Virus record (IMG/VR): IMGVR_UViG_3300008050_007455
Span: 46-64,045 of that record
DNA: 64,000 nt
Strand: one strand, 5' to 3'
DNA from: a virus
Lineage: Duplodnaviria > Caudoviricetes
Every line of letters starts with the position of its first letter. The first letter of the stretch is position 1. The notes beneath the pieces were generated by a model. That model was not told the DNA's origin. It saw nothing but the letters and a program-made list of their open reading frames with translations, and did not search any database. Positions 29,007 to 38,535 of the stretch are shown in pieces. A program made the translations under genes and the position numbers.

Positions 29007-29299
29007 ATTTTGTTGTAATTTAATATTTCACTTAATTCATTTTTAATTTTATCCCATTCTTTAATATATTCTTTTATACTAGTATAATGTTCATCCTTAC
29101 TATTAAGTTTTTCTTTCATAACTTTTTCAAGAGCATTAGAAAAATTAGTATAATGAGCTACTGGTTTTTCATAATCTTTACCTTCACTACCTTTTTCTAG
29201 ATATTTTGCTTGTGGGGTTACTACTTCATACACTGTGTAACAGTGAGAATCTCTCCCTATATAGTAGGGATCCATCTTGGGGTCTGTGATTTTTGACAT
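29003..29299 (-). CDS. Hypothetical protein
   Basis: ORF coupled to groES by ATGA overlap. Confidence 0.7.
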   Translation of the reverse strand: MSKITDPKMDPYYIGRDSHCYTVYEVVTPQAKYLEKGSEGKDYEKPVAHYTNFSNALEKVMKEKLNSKDEHYTSIKEYIKEWDKIKNELSEILNYNKI

Positions 29300-29321
29300 A
29301 TAACTTTTTGTTTTTTATTAT

Positions 29322-29356
29322 GCGTAAATATACGAAAATAATTCATATAAACCAAC
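29322..29356 (-). promoter_or_regulatory. Class I promoter for the groES/groEL unit
   Basis: GTTGG-N17-CGTATATTTAC. Confidence 0.7.
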
Positions 29357-29376
29357 CTAAGGGCGCTTTTTAGGTT
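29354..29376 (-). terminator. Stem-loop immediately after the hsp20 stop codon
   Basis: AACCTAA-N9-TTAGGTT 7-bp stem; no clean U tract. Confidence 0.45.
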
Positions 29377-29794
29377 ACTTAATTTTAATTGCTTTTGGTT
29401 TAGCTTCTTTAGAAAGAGGAATATTTATTTTTAATAATCCATTTTCCATTTCAGCATTAACTTTAGTTAAGTCAAACTTAGGAGCAATTTTATATCCTAA
29501 GCTAAATGACTTTCTAGACAGACCATGGTAAATATACCCTGATAGGTCTTTTTTCTCCTCATCTTTAGGTTTAGCATAAGAAATACGTAAAACATCAGAT
29601 TCAATCTCAATGTTAATATCTTCTTTTGTAAGACCTGTACATGCAATCTCGAAGTAAATGCCTTCTTGATCGTAATAAATGTCTAGAGGATGGGGTTGTT
29701 TGGAATTTAATGCAGGAGCAAATTGCTCATCTGATTTGAAAAGATTTCGATATAAAATATCGAATGGGGTGTGTTCATAAAATAATGTACTCAT
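29375..29794 (-). CDS. Small heat-shock protein Hsp20/IbpA family
   Basis: IACTGLTKEDINI, YIYHGLSRKSF, AEMENGLLKI, KPKAIKI. Confidence 0.93.
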   Translation of the reverse strand: MSTLFYEHTPFDILYRNLFKSDEQFAPALNSKQPHPLDIYYDQEGIYFEIACTGLTKEDINIEIESDVLRISYAKPKDEEKKDLSGYIYHGLSRKSFSLGYKIAPKFDLTKVNAEMENGLLKINIPLSKEAKPKAIKIK

Positions 29795-29876
29795 ATCATT
29801 TGGTTTTGTGATGTCTTTCGATCATCGATTAATAAAAATAAAACGTGCGCCCTAGGGTCAATTTATTATACGTATG

Positions 29877-30611
29877 TTAAAATTCAGTTTCTGCTTTCCT
29901 TACCATGTAATATTTTGAAGAAATATCATCTAATTCAAAATCTAATCTTATTAATCCCATACTACTTAGTAATAATTTACCACCATCCATATCTTTATTA
30001 GCTTGGAGAATGGTTTTAAATGTATCTGAATTAAATGGTAATTTTATATCTGTTTCTTTAATATCTCCTAATACTTGGTAGGTGATTTTATTATTGTGTC
30101 CTGATTCATCTCCAAAAACAAATTCAACAACATTCTCCCCATCTAAATTAGTTGTAGTTGTTACTAACATATTATCAATTTGGGCTAATGCACTTTTTGC
30201 TTTAATAATATTAACAACATCTTCTTGAGTTAAATTTAATTCAACAACCCACTCAGCTTCATTAACTTCTCCTACTTTATTTATAAGTAATGGGTCTGAT
30301 AATGCATAATTAAGATTAAAATTAAGATCTGATATTTTTAGTTTTGTATAAATTGCATTATTTTTTTCTAATTCTAGAAGTAAATCACCATTACAAATAC
30401 TAATTAAACTATTTAATTTTTTAGTATCATAAATAGCTAATTTACTATCTTCTAGTTGGAAATTATTGCAAGTTACATTACCAATAACATCTTTAGTAGG
30501 AGTCATAAAATCAATATTAAGGGTATTATTTTCAATATTCCATTTTACTGATTCATTTGTTCCAAGATAGTATTTATCTATTATACTTTGTACCGTTAAT
30601 TTATTTATCAT
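29877..30611 (-). CDS. DNA polymerase sliding clamp (gp45/PCNA-like)
   Basis: 244 aa, AIYDTKKL, F....FKTILQANKD, terminal YYMV; lies between polymerase and clamp loader. Confidence 0.7.
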   Translation of the reverse strand: MINKLTVQSIIDKYYLGTNESVKWNIENNTLNIDFMTPTKDVIGNVTCNNFQLEDSKLAIYDTKKLNSLISICNGDLLLELEKNNAIYTKLKISDLNFNLNYALSDPLLINKVGEVNEAEWVVELNLTQEDVVNIIKAKSALAQIDNMLVTTTTNLDGENVVEFVFGDESGHNNKITYQVLGDIKETDIKLPFNSDTFKTILQANKDMDGGKLLLSSMGLIRLDFELDDISSKYYMVRKAETEF

Positions 30612-32209
30612 TTTTTAAAATATATTTTATCATTAATTACTAAGATATCCACTATATTGTTATCCAAATGTACGAAAGCTTCTTTGGGGTGACAAACTAT
30701 AGGTTCACCATGTATATTAAAACTTGTATTTAATAAAACAGGGATATTAGTAATATCATTAAACTTATTTATTAAATTATAGAACTTAGGATTACTATTT
30801 TCAGTTACAATTTGAATTCTTGCTGTTTTATCAATTGGGTGAACCACTGCTGGTATTTTATTAATCCATTCTTCCCTAGTATCATAAAGCATGGTCATAA
30901 ACTCAGCTGTGTATTTAGATTTATTTACATTAAACACTTTATCAGCGTATTCATCAATAACAACGGGGGCAAAGGGCATAAAATCATTCCGTTGTAATCT
31001 ATCATTTATTTTTTTGTAGGTGCCTGGTATACTAGGGTCTGCTATAATACTTCTATTACATAAAGCTCTAGGACCATGCTCGTACCTTCCTTGAAACCAT
31101 CCTACTACTTTTCCCTCTTTTAATTCATAAGCTATTTGATTTGGGGAGTAAGGTCTTATATTATATTTACTTTCATCTATATCAAATTCATCATCAGTAT
31201 AAGAAGTACCTAAAAAAACATTATCTAATTTAAAAGGTTTAAAGGATGGATTTTTTAATTTATGGGCTGCTAAGGCTGATCCCAAAGGTAAGCCTTCATC
31301 CCCCATTGGAGGGGCAATAAATACTTCTTCTACCCATGAAAGATCATTAATTTTTTTATTAAGTTTAACATTAGCAAATACCCCACCAGCTGCTGCTACA
31401 TTTTTCACAGTTGGGTATGTTAGGTGCATATTATTAATTAATTGAAGTATTTTTTCTTCAAATACTAATTGTCCATTAAATGCTATATCATCTTCTTTAT
31501 GCTTACAATATTCACTTCCAAATTCTTTAAACCAGAGACTATAAAACTCTTCATATACCCCTCCTAATATCTTATTTCCATTATCTCTATCAGTTTTTAA
31601 TCCTTCAATTGTAATACATTTATTAAAAATATTATATATTTTTTCATTATAAACCCCATGTGAAGCTCTACCAACAACCTTACCTTCATCTTTTAGTCTT
31701 TTAAAACCTAAAAACTCAGTAAGCATAGCATAATAATGTCCTAAAGATTTGTATTCCAAAGAAATATTTGAAATTTCCTTAAGATCCCCCTCAATTCCTA
31801 CATACACCCTGCAAGAATATTCTTCACCTGATGCATCAATAGATATTACAAAGGTATCTTCTTTAAACCCACTACAATAATAAGCTAAAGCACAATGGCC
31901 TAAGTGATGATTTATTTTAATATATTTTTCTTCAGGTAGAGGACCTAACCCAGTACCCCTCCAAATTGCATCCATCTGTTTTATGGTGAAATGGGAGGTG
32001 ATAAAATCAATTCCCTCCCAACTAAACTCTTTAAACCTTAAAACATTTTTTGCAGAATTATAAGGGAATCTAAAGAAGTCCTGTTGGAAGTCTTTATATG
32101 TTCTAATTCTATTAAATCTTTCTTCTTCAAATGCAAATATAGGTTGTCCATCTTCTAAATAAGCTAAACCACAACTATGCATTCCTCCTGTTATTCCTAG
32201 TATTTTCAT
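30608..32209 (-). CDS. Carbamoyltransferase (CmcH/NodU/TobZ family)
   Basis: EEERFNR, HHLGH, DASGE, EGKVVG, GGVFANVKLN, GDEG, EHGPRALCNRS, FMPFAP, LLNTSFNIHGEPIV. Confidence 0.93.
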   Translation of the reverse strand: MKILGITGGMHSCGLAYLEDGQPIFAFEEERFNRIRTYKDFQQDFFRFPYNSAKNVLRFKEFSWEGIDFITSHFTIKQMDAIWRGTGLGPLPEEKYIKINHHLGHCALAYYCSGFKEDTFVISIDASGEEYSCRVYVGIEGDLKEISNISLEYKSLGHYYAMLTEFLGFKRLKDEGKVVGRASHGVYNEKIYNIFNKCITIEGLKTDRDNGNKILGGVYEEFYSLWFKEFGSEYCKHKEDDIAFNGQLVFEEKILQLINNMHLTYPTVKNVAAAGGVFANVKLNKKINDLSWVEEVFIAPPMGDEGLPLGSALAAHKLKNPSFKPFKLDNVFLGTSYTDDEFDIDESKYNIRPYSPNQIAYELKEGKVVGWFQGRYEHGPRALCNRSIIADPSIPGTYKKINDRLQRNDFMPFAPVVIDEYADKVFNVNKSKYTAEFMTMLYDTREEWINKIPAVVHPIDKTARIQIVTENSNPKFYNLINKFNDITNIPVLLNTSFNIHGEPIVCHPKEAFVHLDNNIVDILVINDKIYFKK

Positions 32210-32213
32210 ATAT

Positions 32214-33146
32214 TTAAAATTTAAAAAACATTTCTTTATAAGGGTTTAAATTTAAAGTCCACCCTAAATCATTATAAAATCCTTCTAGTTTATTAAGTAA
32301 TATTGATTCAAAAATCTTCTTCCTATCTGCGTTTTGCTCAATGAATTTGTGGATTTTTTCAGGTAAATCCCACTCTAAAAAAGCAAGGGCATCAATTTGA
32401 TATGGGTTAGGTTTCAAATAAATCCATTTAATTTTATCACCTTGACCAATTTGACTGTGTGATTTATTTAAACCCCAAAAATTAAGTAAATCATTATATC
32501 TAATAACTGCTCTTACAGCTGCTGGGGCTCCTTTAGCTACTACAGTAAACATTTCACCCGCTCTTGCTTTTCGTTCAGTATATTTATTTAATGTTTTTAC
32601 TGATGTTGGATTACCTAATTCTGTAAGAGGAATAGTACCATCTAATATCTGAGTTTTAAATTCCTTTAATCTTTTATCTATTTCACTTTGTTCTTCTCCT
32701 TTTAAAACATCAACTAAAGTTTTATGAAAAAACTTACCTAACACAGGTGGAAAATTTGCTTTTTTAAATTCAAGACCTTTAACATCAAGTGATTCTTTTA
32801 CAATTCCTTCCTGTTTAGTAATCCATTGGGCATATCTTCTTGTTGCTCTAAAATAAGCTGATCTAATAACACATTCAGTTTTCATTTCTAATCTATGTTG
32901 GCCCTTAGCATTAAAACAATCTGTAGCTAAATCACTATAGGAATCAGTAATAATATCTTGATACTTTAAAGCAGCTTCTTCTAAAATATTATCCTTTTCC
33001 TCACTTGACATTTCTTCAAAGTTAGGGTATAAATGTCTAAGTAAAGGTTCAGCATGTATATAAATTGAATCTGTGTCAGAATAAGCTACATAATTTGTAT
33101 CTTCAGGATCACAAATCCACCAAGGAGTATCTTCTAAATGTTTCAT
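32214..33146 (-). CDS. Family B DNA polymerase, C-terminal subunit (palm motif C and thumb)
   Basis: YSDTDSIY, RRYA, VKGLE. Confidence 0.92.
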   Translation of the reverse strand: MKHLEDTPWWICDPEDTNYVAYSDTDSIYIHAEPLLRHLYPNFEEMSSEEKDNILEEAALKYQDIITDSYSDLATDCFNAKGQHRLEMKTECVIRSAYFRATRRYAQWITKQEGIVKESLDVKGLEFKKANFPPVLGKFFHKTLVDVLKGEEQSEIDKRLKEFKTQILDGTIPLTELGNPTSVKTLNKYTERKARAGEMFTVVAKGAPAAVRAVIRYNDLLNFWGLNKSHSQIGQGDKIKWIYLKPNPYQIDALAFLEWDLPEKIHKFIEQNADRKKIFESILLNKLEGFYNDLGWTLNLNPYKEMFFKF

Positions 33147-34825
33147 AATTCTACTTCATTTTTCATTACTTTATTCATGTGTCTGTTAGCAGCCAATGCA
33201 GATTCTTGTATAATACGTTGTCCACTAAGCGTTATAGCTTCAGATAATATAACATTCCCATAACGGAATGATCCCAGTGCTGTTGCACCATACAACGAAT
33301 TAAGTAAAATCTTCATTGTATATTGTTTCATGTGAAATGTAGCACCTAATTCATCATTCCCGGATTTAAATGCTTTTTTCATTTCATTTTTATATAAAAC
33401 TCTTTCATCAAACCACTTTTTTAATATAGTTGATAATACTGATTCACGATTTGTATTAAATAAAACCCCATTAGCTGATATAGATAATTCATTTTGTTCT
33501 ACCATAGCTACTAATCTACCAGCATTAACTTTAGTTCTACTGCGTTTGATATTTTCAACTATAAATTCTTCATCAGGATCTTTACGTTTTAAATCATTTA
33601 ATCCTAAACGATTATTTCTATCATCAGCATCTATAATTCTTCCAACCATAGTTTCTTTACCAATGTTAATAGTCATAATAATTGAAGGATATAGTGAAGT
33701 TAAATCCTCATCAAATACATAATTATAAATTCCAGCTTTAGGGCAGAATAAATAACCACCAGCATAATTCTTTTTAGATAAAGGATTACGATCTTTAGCA
33801 GGTGGTACTATTTTTTTACTTAATAAATAAGCTGAAATAGCTCCATCTTGAGTTTTAGTATTTGCATATACTTCACTATAATTGTGTTTACCTTTGTGAG
33901 CCAAATTCTTTACTAGTGATAGATACTCTAACTTTTCATCTAATACTTTTAAAATCTCAACATCCCTAAAGTTATACTGAATGAATTTAAGAGGATCATC
34001 ATCAAATAATTTATCTAAATTACCATCATATTCAATTTTATTTAATCCAGCATATTTTTCACCAATAGCATCTAGTTTAAATGAAGGTTCATCTTTCCAA
34101 CTAAATTTCTTATGCAATCTCATATAATCTAAAGACTCAACTCCTGCAATTTGTATATATTGATCTTTAAACCAAGGTGTTTCTCGAACATAACCTATTG
34201 GAGATAAATAACGTGCAACCTCTTGTCCTAACACATTACACATTCTGTAATATAAGTAGGGAATATCAAAATAATCACTATTCCACCCTACTACAATGTC
34301 AGGATCAATTTCTCTAAATCGTTCTAGAAATTTAAGTAATAATTCTTCCTCAGTTTTACAAGGAATAATTTCTTTAGTTTTTGCTTTTGTTCTTTTAAGG
34401 TTAGATTTAGGATCTAAAATTAAAATAGCCCATTCATCTACTTGTTTATCATACCAAGCAATTGATGTTACTTTTTTAGGGGCTGATTTGATATAATCTT
34501 CTGTAAGAGCATCCCCCATTTCAGTCTCAATATCAAAAAATAATTCTCTTTGAGTCTGTGAGGGTTCATCATTTATCCCATATTTTTCAACTAGAAATTT
34601 TTGATATGGAGTCATATCATGGAAATGAAGATTGTAATTATCTGATTTCCAATTAGATACTTTCTTTAAAGACTCTCCATTTAGGCCAATATGTGTAGCT
34701 TGTGAGTCATCACATTCAATATAAGCTTGATTAACCCATTCAACTTTTTGATAACCCTCATCATCCCAAAGGTGAATTAGGAATTCATTTCCTTTTTTCC
34801 TTTGTGCAAAACATTTTTTATACAA
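33143..34825 (-). CDS. Family B DNA polymerase, N-terminal subunit (3'-5' exonuclease plus motifs A and B)
   Basis: FDIET, GWNSDYFDIPY, YNFRDV, DLTSLYPS, KILLNSLYG. Confidence 0.95.
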   Translation of the reverse strand: MYKKCFAQRKKGNEFLIHLWDDEGYQKVEWVNQAYIECDDSQATHIGLNGESLKKVSNWKSDNYNLHFHDMTPYQKFLVEKYGINDEPSQTQRELFFDIETEMGDALTEDYIKSAPKKVTSIAWYDKQVDEWAILILDPKSNLKRTKAKTKEIIPCKTEEELLLKFLERFREIDPDIVVGWNSDYFDIPYLYYRMCNVLGQEVARYLSPIGYVRETPWFKDQYIQIAGVESLDYMRLHKKFSWKDEPSFKLDAIGEKYAGLNKIEYDGNLDKLFDDDPLKFIQYNFRDVEILKVLDEKLEYLSLVKNLAHKGKHNYSEVYANTKTQDGAISAYLLSKKIVPPAKDRNPLSKKNYAGGYLFCPKAGIYNYVFDEDLTSLYPSIIMTINIGKETMVGRIIDADDRNNRLGLNDLKRKDPDEEFIVENIKRSRTKVNAGRLVAMVEQNELSISANGVLFNTNRESVLSTILKKWFDERVLYKNEMKKAFKSGNDELGATFHMKQYTMKILLNSLYGATALGSFRYGNVILSEAITLSGQRIIQESALAANRHMNKVMKNEVEL

Positions 34826-34830
34826 AACTT

Positions 34831-35346
34831 TTATTTATTTTTATTGTTTTTAATTTCCTCTTCTGTAAAAAACTGCTTAAGATCAGGTCTATAGTAATTA
34901 ATATTTTTCATTACTTTCCTATCACGTGTTCTATAGACAATATAATACTCACCAACCTTCTCATAATGACACGGTTCTTTTTGTTCGGCGGAGCGTTTTT
35001 CCACGGTTGCTTGTGCATCCTCTTCGCTTGAACAAGCCTTCGACATATTCGAACCTTGTACTTCTTGATAGGCTGGCCATATCTTATCCTTAAGACCATG
35101 TAACATAGTTCCGTTACCCAACGAAACATAGGCAATGTCACATAAAGCATCAAGAACCTCAACAATATCTCCTCTTTCACAGGCATGTTTATACTCCTCA
35201 AGTTCTTCGAGGATGAAATCATAAACAAACTGCCATTCTTTCTTTTCGGGAATTGTAGGTTCATAATTATTTGGTTTACCCATAGTGGAATTAAATTCCT
35301 CTACTTCATTTACAAATGGTACATTAAAATCTTTTTCTCTACTCAT
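34831..35346 (-). CDS. MazG-like / PRA-PH-like nucleoside triphosphate pyrophosphohydrolase
   Basis: FILEELEEY...EVLDALCDIAYV...EVQGSNMSK. Confidence 0.85.
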   Translation of the reverse strand: MSREKDFNVPFVNEVEEFNSTMGKPNNYEPTIPEKKEWQFVYDFILEELEEYKHACERGDIVEVLDALCDIAYVSLGNGTMLHGLKDKIWPAYQEVQGSNMSKACSSEEDAQATVEKRSAEQKEPCHYEKVGEYYIVYRTRDRKVMKNINYYRPDLKQFFTEEEIKNNKNK

Positions 35347-35359
35347 AACTATTATTTAT

Positions 35360-36055
35360 TTAAATATTATGTCCTCCGTTATTAATCTTCAGACTATCAA
35401 AAAATTCTACTCTTGCTAAATTATCATTATCTCTAAATACTCCTGATGCTTTAGTTGTTACCATAGCTGCTCCTTCATGTTTTACACCTCTACAGCTTAC
35501 ACAATTATGAGTTCCAACAATAGTAACAATTACACCTCTATTACCTTCAGTAATTTTACATACTGCATTATGTATTGCTGATGTTAATTGCTCTTGGATA
35601 GCTCCTCTACGACCAAATAATTCAACAATTCTATTTAATTTAGATAATCCAATTACTTGACCCTCTTCTCCTGCAACATAACCAATATGAACTACTCCTC
35701 CAATTGTTTGGTGGTGATGTGAACACATTGATGTTAATGGAATATTTCTTTCAATTATAATACCATCATAACCATCGGAAGGAAATGAAGTAATAGGGGA
35801 CATTGCTGTGTATCTACCAGCCCATAAATCATTTACATATGCTTTAGCTACACGACGTGGTGTTTCCATTGAATTGGGATCATTTCTCCAATCGCATTTT
35901 AAAGCATCTAAAAACTTACCATAAGCTTCTTCTGCTTCGTCTATCATTTTATCTTTATCTACTTGTTCTAGGGGGAATCCTTCAGCAACTCCATTTGCAT
36001 AACCTGTTTGTACTACTTCTAATTCTTTGTGAATTTTTCTTCGTTTATTTTCCAT
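35360..36055 (-). CDS. folE: GTP cyclohydrolase I
   Basis: ETPRRVAK, SMCSHH, GLSKLNRIV, IQEQLT, HNCVSCRG. Confidence 0.95.
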   Translation of the reverse strand: MENKRRKIHKELEVVQTGYANGVAEGFPLEQVDKDKMIDEAEEAYGKFLDALKCDWRNDPNSMETPRRVAKAYVNDLWAGRYTAMSPITSFPSDGYDGIIIERNIPLTSMCSHHHQTIGGVVHIGYVAGEEGQVIGLSKLNRIVELFGRRGAIQEQLTSAIHNAVCKITEGNRGVIVTIVGTHNCVSCRGVKHEGAAMVTTKASGVFRDNDNLARVEFFDSLKINNGGHNI

Positions 36056-36079
36056 TTATTATAACTTTTTATTTGATTC

Positions 36080-36109
36080 AATATACTAATTAATTTGGAT
36101 AACTCCAAA
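36080..36109 (-). promoter_or_regulatory. Class I promoter for folE-mazG-pol
   Basis: TTTGG-N17-AGTATATTG. Confidence 0.65.
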
Positions 36110-36121
36110 CTAAATTTAAAT

Positions 36122-36364
36122 TTATGCATGAGGATCTGGATCAGTCCACTCTGGTGTAGCCATTATTGTTAATATTTCTGAATGTGTATAAGGCCCATCG
36201 TATGAACTTAAATTAGCAACAAATGAAGGTTCACTACCATCCCATTTAATAACGGTTTGGGTTTCATCAAGTGACAATCTTAGTGTTTCTTCGGATGTTT
36301 CTAAAACTTCATTGAAGTCAACTAATCCTACTTCTGCTATGTTTATAATAATATATGTTTTCAT
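36122..36364 (-). CDS. Conserved phage protein often following LamG/fiber genes
   Basis: VDFNEVLETSEETLRLSLD...YTHSEILTIMATPEW. Confidence 0.75.
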   Translation of the reverse strand: MKTYIIINIAEVGLVDFNEVLETSEETLRLSLDETQTVIKWDGSEPSFVANLSSYDGPYTHSEILTIMATPEWTDPDPHA

Positions 36365-38010
36365 AATCCAAATCTTGTTTTTTGTGCGTTGTAGTTTTGG
36401 AGGACTTCTGAATCGGATAATGTTTTATTATAGGCCTTAACATTAGCTATTTTCCCAGGAAAGTATTGTGAATTAGCATCCCTACCTATATAAACCTTTG
36501 TGTTATTACTTGCTGGGTTGGTGGTTTGGGATTTTGTGTTTACTTGGACCCCATTTTCATAAAGCTTCATTGTACTTCCATCTAAAGTTGCAACTATATG
36601 TAAGTATTCATCTGTAGCTCTATTGGCAATATAAACAGTTCTGACTGTTGAACCATTTCTTATACCAAATCCCCAGCTTTTATTTCCAGCAGAAGGCCAG
36701 TCTCTAAAACCAAACAGTGCCCAACCATCCGAATCCCAGCCTGCTGTAGCACCCTTACTTACTAGGTTAGGGTACTTGGACCCTCCGGTCCAACTACTTG
36801 GGAAGTATACCCAACATTCTATGGAGAATACCCCATTTGTAAAATCTAAAGATGATTGGTCTCCTAAATCTATATGATCATCACTACCATCAAAATCCCA
36901 AATACCACCATAGTTACTATTAAACCCAACCCCATTATTTAAAGCTCCCTCTAAAGATCCTGTCATTGAATAAGTAGTAGTAGAACCACTTTCATATGAT
37001 ACTAAATTACCAGGATCAAAAGCTCCAACTAAACCATCTGTTACAATATTACTACCATAGTAATTTTGATTAACATTTTCTTGAGAATATTCCCCATAAG
37101 AAAGTCTAGCTAAAGCTATACTACCTGAAAAGAAATCATTGGGGTTATTACTTTTATAATCAAACCCTAAACTAAAAGGTTGATCATTCATACCATTTCC
37201 AGTATTAGCATTATTTTCTCCTATAAATTGACCATTAACATAAAACTGTAAATAAGTTTGATCTGTTGAAGATTTATTTTCCCCCGGTTGGACATTTAAT
37301 ACTGCATAATACCATCTTCCTACTTCTATATTACTTGTTTGTACACTAGTATATGCTGCTCCTCTTAAAGTATTATCACTATAAATCCATATACCATATT
37401 CAGGACCCCAATTATCTGAAAATATGGCTTGTTGGCGACTACCAAGATCCATAGGTTTAAATAAAACTTCCATTACATTAGGGGCACTATCAGGATTAAA
37501 ACTACTAACAGTATCTTGCATATATGAAGTAGTCCCATTAAATTCAAAGGATTGTCCATTAAAGGTTACATCAGTAAGAGGAGTCCAATTATTATTATAA
37601 CCACTTAAATCATAAAAAGTATTTCCTGTTGTTGGGTATGAACTTACCACCCCGGCGTTTAATACAAGTCTTAAACCCTCTGTAATCCTATTCCTGGGGG
37701 TATTATGTAATATCCAAGTACTAGTACGACCCGCTAAATAATTTAAAGCATCACTTTTAGTTGAAACACTTCCTCCTAAAGTATTGGCTGCTCTAATTAC
37801 TTCATCATCAGTAGTAACAATCATAGCAATTGGTCTATTATTTAATCCTAAGGAATAAATAGCATATCCACCTGCTGGGGGTTTAATAGTATTATAATAT
37901 CCAGTTTCAGATGTAGGTCCTAGATTTTCAGTAGGATTTACAGCAAGTGCTAAATCACCTCTTCTTAAAGCATCTTTAGTAGGTTGTGAAGTTTTATAAG
38001 CGTAGGGCAT
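36361..38010 (-). CDS. Tandem LamG-domain virion protein (fiber/decoration)
   Basis: GPTSETGYY..I.PP.GGY N-terminus, two ITxGL...SY...DLSG-type LamG repeats, YNKTLSDSEVLQNYNAQKTRFGL end; start MPYAY after the ATATTTATA motif. Confidence 0.8.
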   Translation of the reverse strand: MPYAYKTSQPTKDALRRGDLALAVNPTENLGPTSETGYYNTIKPPAGGYAIYSLGLNNRPIAMIVTTDDEVIRAANTLGGSVSTKSDALNYLAGRTSTWILHNTPRNRITEGLRLVLNAGVVSSYPTTGNTFYDLSGYNNNWTPLTDVTFNGQSFEFNGTTSYMQDTVSSFNPDSAPNVMEVLFKPMDLGSRQQAIFSDNWGPEYGIWIYSDNTLRGAAYTSVQTSNIEVGRWYYAVLNVQPGENKSSTDQTYLQFYVNGQFIGENNANTGNGMNDQPFSLGFDYKSNNPNDFFSGSIALARLSYGEYSQENVNQNYYGSNIVTDGLVGAFDPGNLVSYESGSTTTYSMTGSLEGALNNGVGFNSNYGGIWDFDGSDDHIDLGDQSSLDFTNGVFSIECWVYFPSSWTGGSKYPNLVSKGATAGWDSDGWALFGFRDWPSAGNKSWGFGIRNGSTVRTVYIANRATDEYLHIVATLDGSTMKLYENGVQVNTKSQTTNPASNNTKVYIGRDANSQYFPGKIANVKAYNKTLSDSEVLQNYNAQKTRFGL

Positions 38011-38026
38011 TTTTTGATTATAAATA

Positions 38027-38533
38027 TTAGAGGGAATAGATAGCAGGCAAATTTCTACAATAGCCTTTATCATTATCCATTCCAAACCCAACTAACCACT
38101 CATCCCCAATTTCAAAAGCATTAAAAAATGGTGCTTTTGGTTTTGGGCTTGTTTTTCTAGTAATTAAACTTACAATTGAAATTGACTTTGGATGTTTTAC
38201 CTCTAAATATTCTATAACAGCCGCCATAGTATTTCCTGTGTCGTAAATATCATCTACAATATAAACATGCTTACCTTTTATTGGGGTTTCTAAATCTTTA
38301 GTGATTTGGATATCACCCTGTTTATTCTTGCTTAAATACGATTTAACGCGCATAAAATCACACTCCACATCAATTGGCATAGCCCGCACTAAATCGCTGT
38401 AAAATGCAAAACAACCATTAAGTAAGCCAACCATTACCACGGGGGTACGGTCATCTCTATGCTCAGCTGATATTTGTTTTGCTACTATTTTTGTTTGGAT
38501 ATCTATATCCCTAGATCCTATTAACTCTATCAT
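38027..38533 (-). CDS. hpt: Hypoxanthine/guanine phosphoribosyltransferase
   Basis: GLLNGCFAFYSDL, VKSY, VYIVDDIYDTGNT PRPP-binding loop, LVGFGMD...RNLP. Confidence 0.88.
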   Translation of the reverse strand: MIELIGSRDIDIQTKIVAKQISAEHRDDRTPVVMVGLLNGCFAFYSDLVRAMPIDVECDFMRVKSYLSKNKQGDIQITKDLETPIKGKHVYIVDDIYDTGNTMAAVIEYLEVKHPKSISIVSLITRKTSPKPKAPFFNAFEIGDEWLVGFGMDNDKGYCRNLPAIYSL

Positions 38534-38535
38534 AT

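Noticed and set aside
33100-33200. Intein or intron at the polymerase split
   Set aside because: No intein terminal residues and no intervening sequence; the ORFs overlap by ATGA
34911-35264. Alternate-frame minus-strand ORFs inside genes (also 11359-11571, 16042-16287, 26377-26583, 56491-56685, 56689-56877)
   Set aside because: Nested in conserved genes, no motifs; explained by locally higher GC or chance
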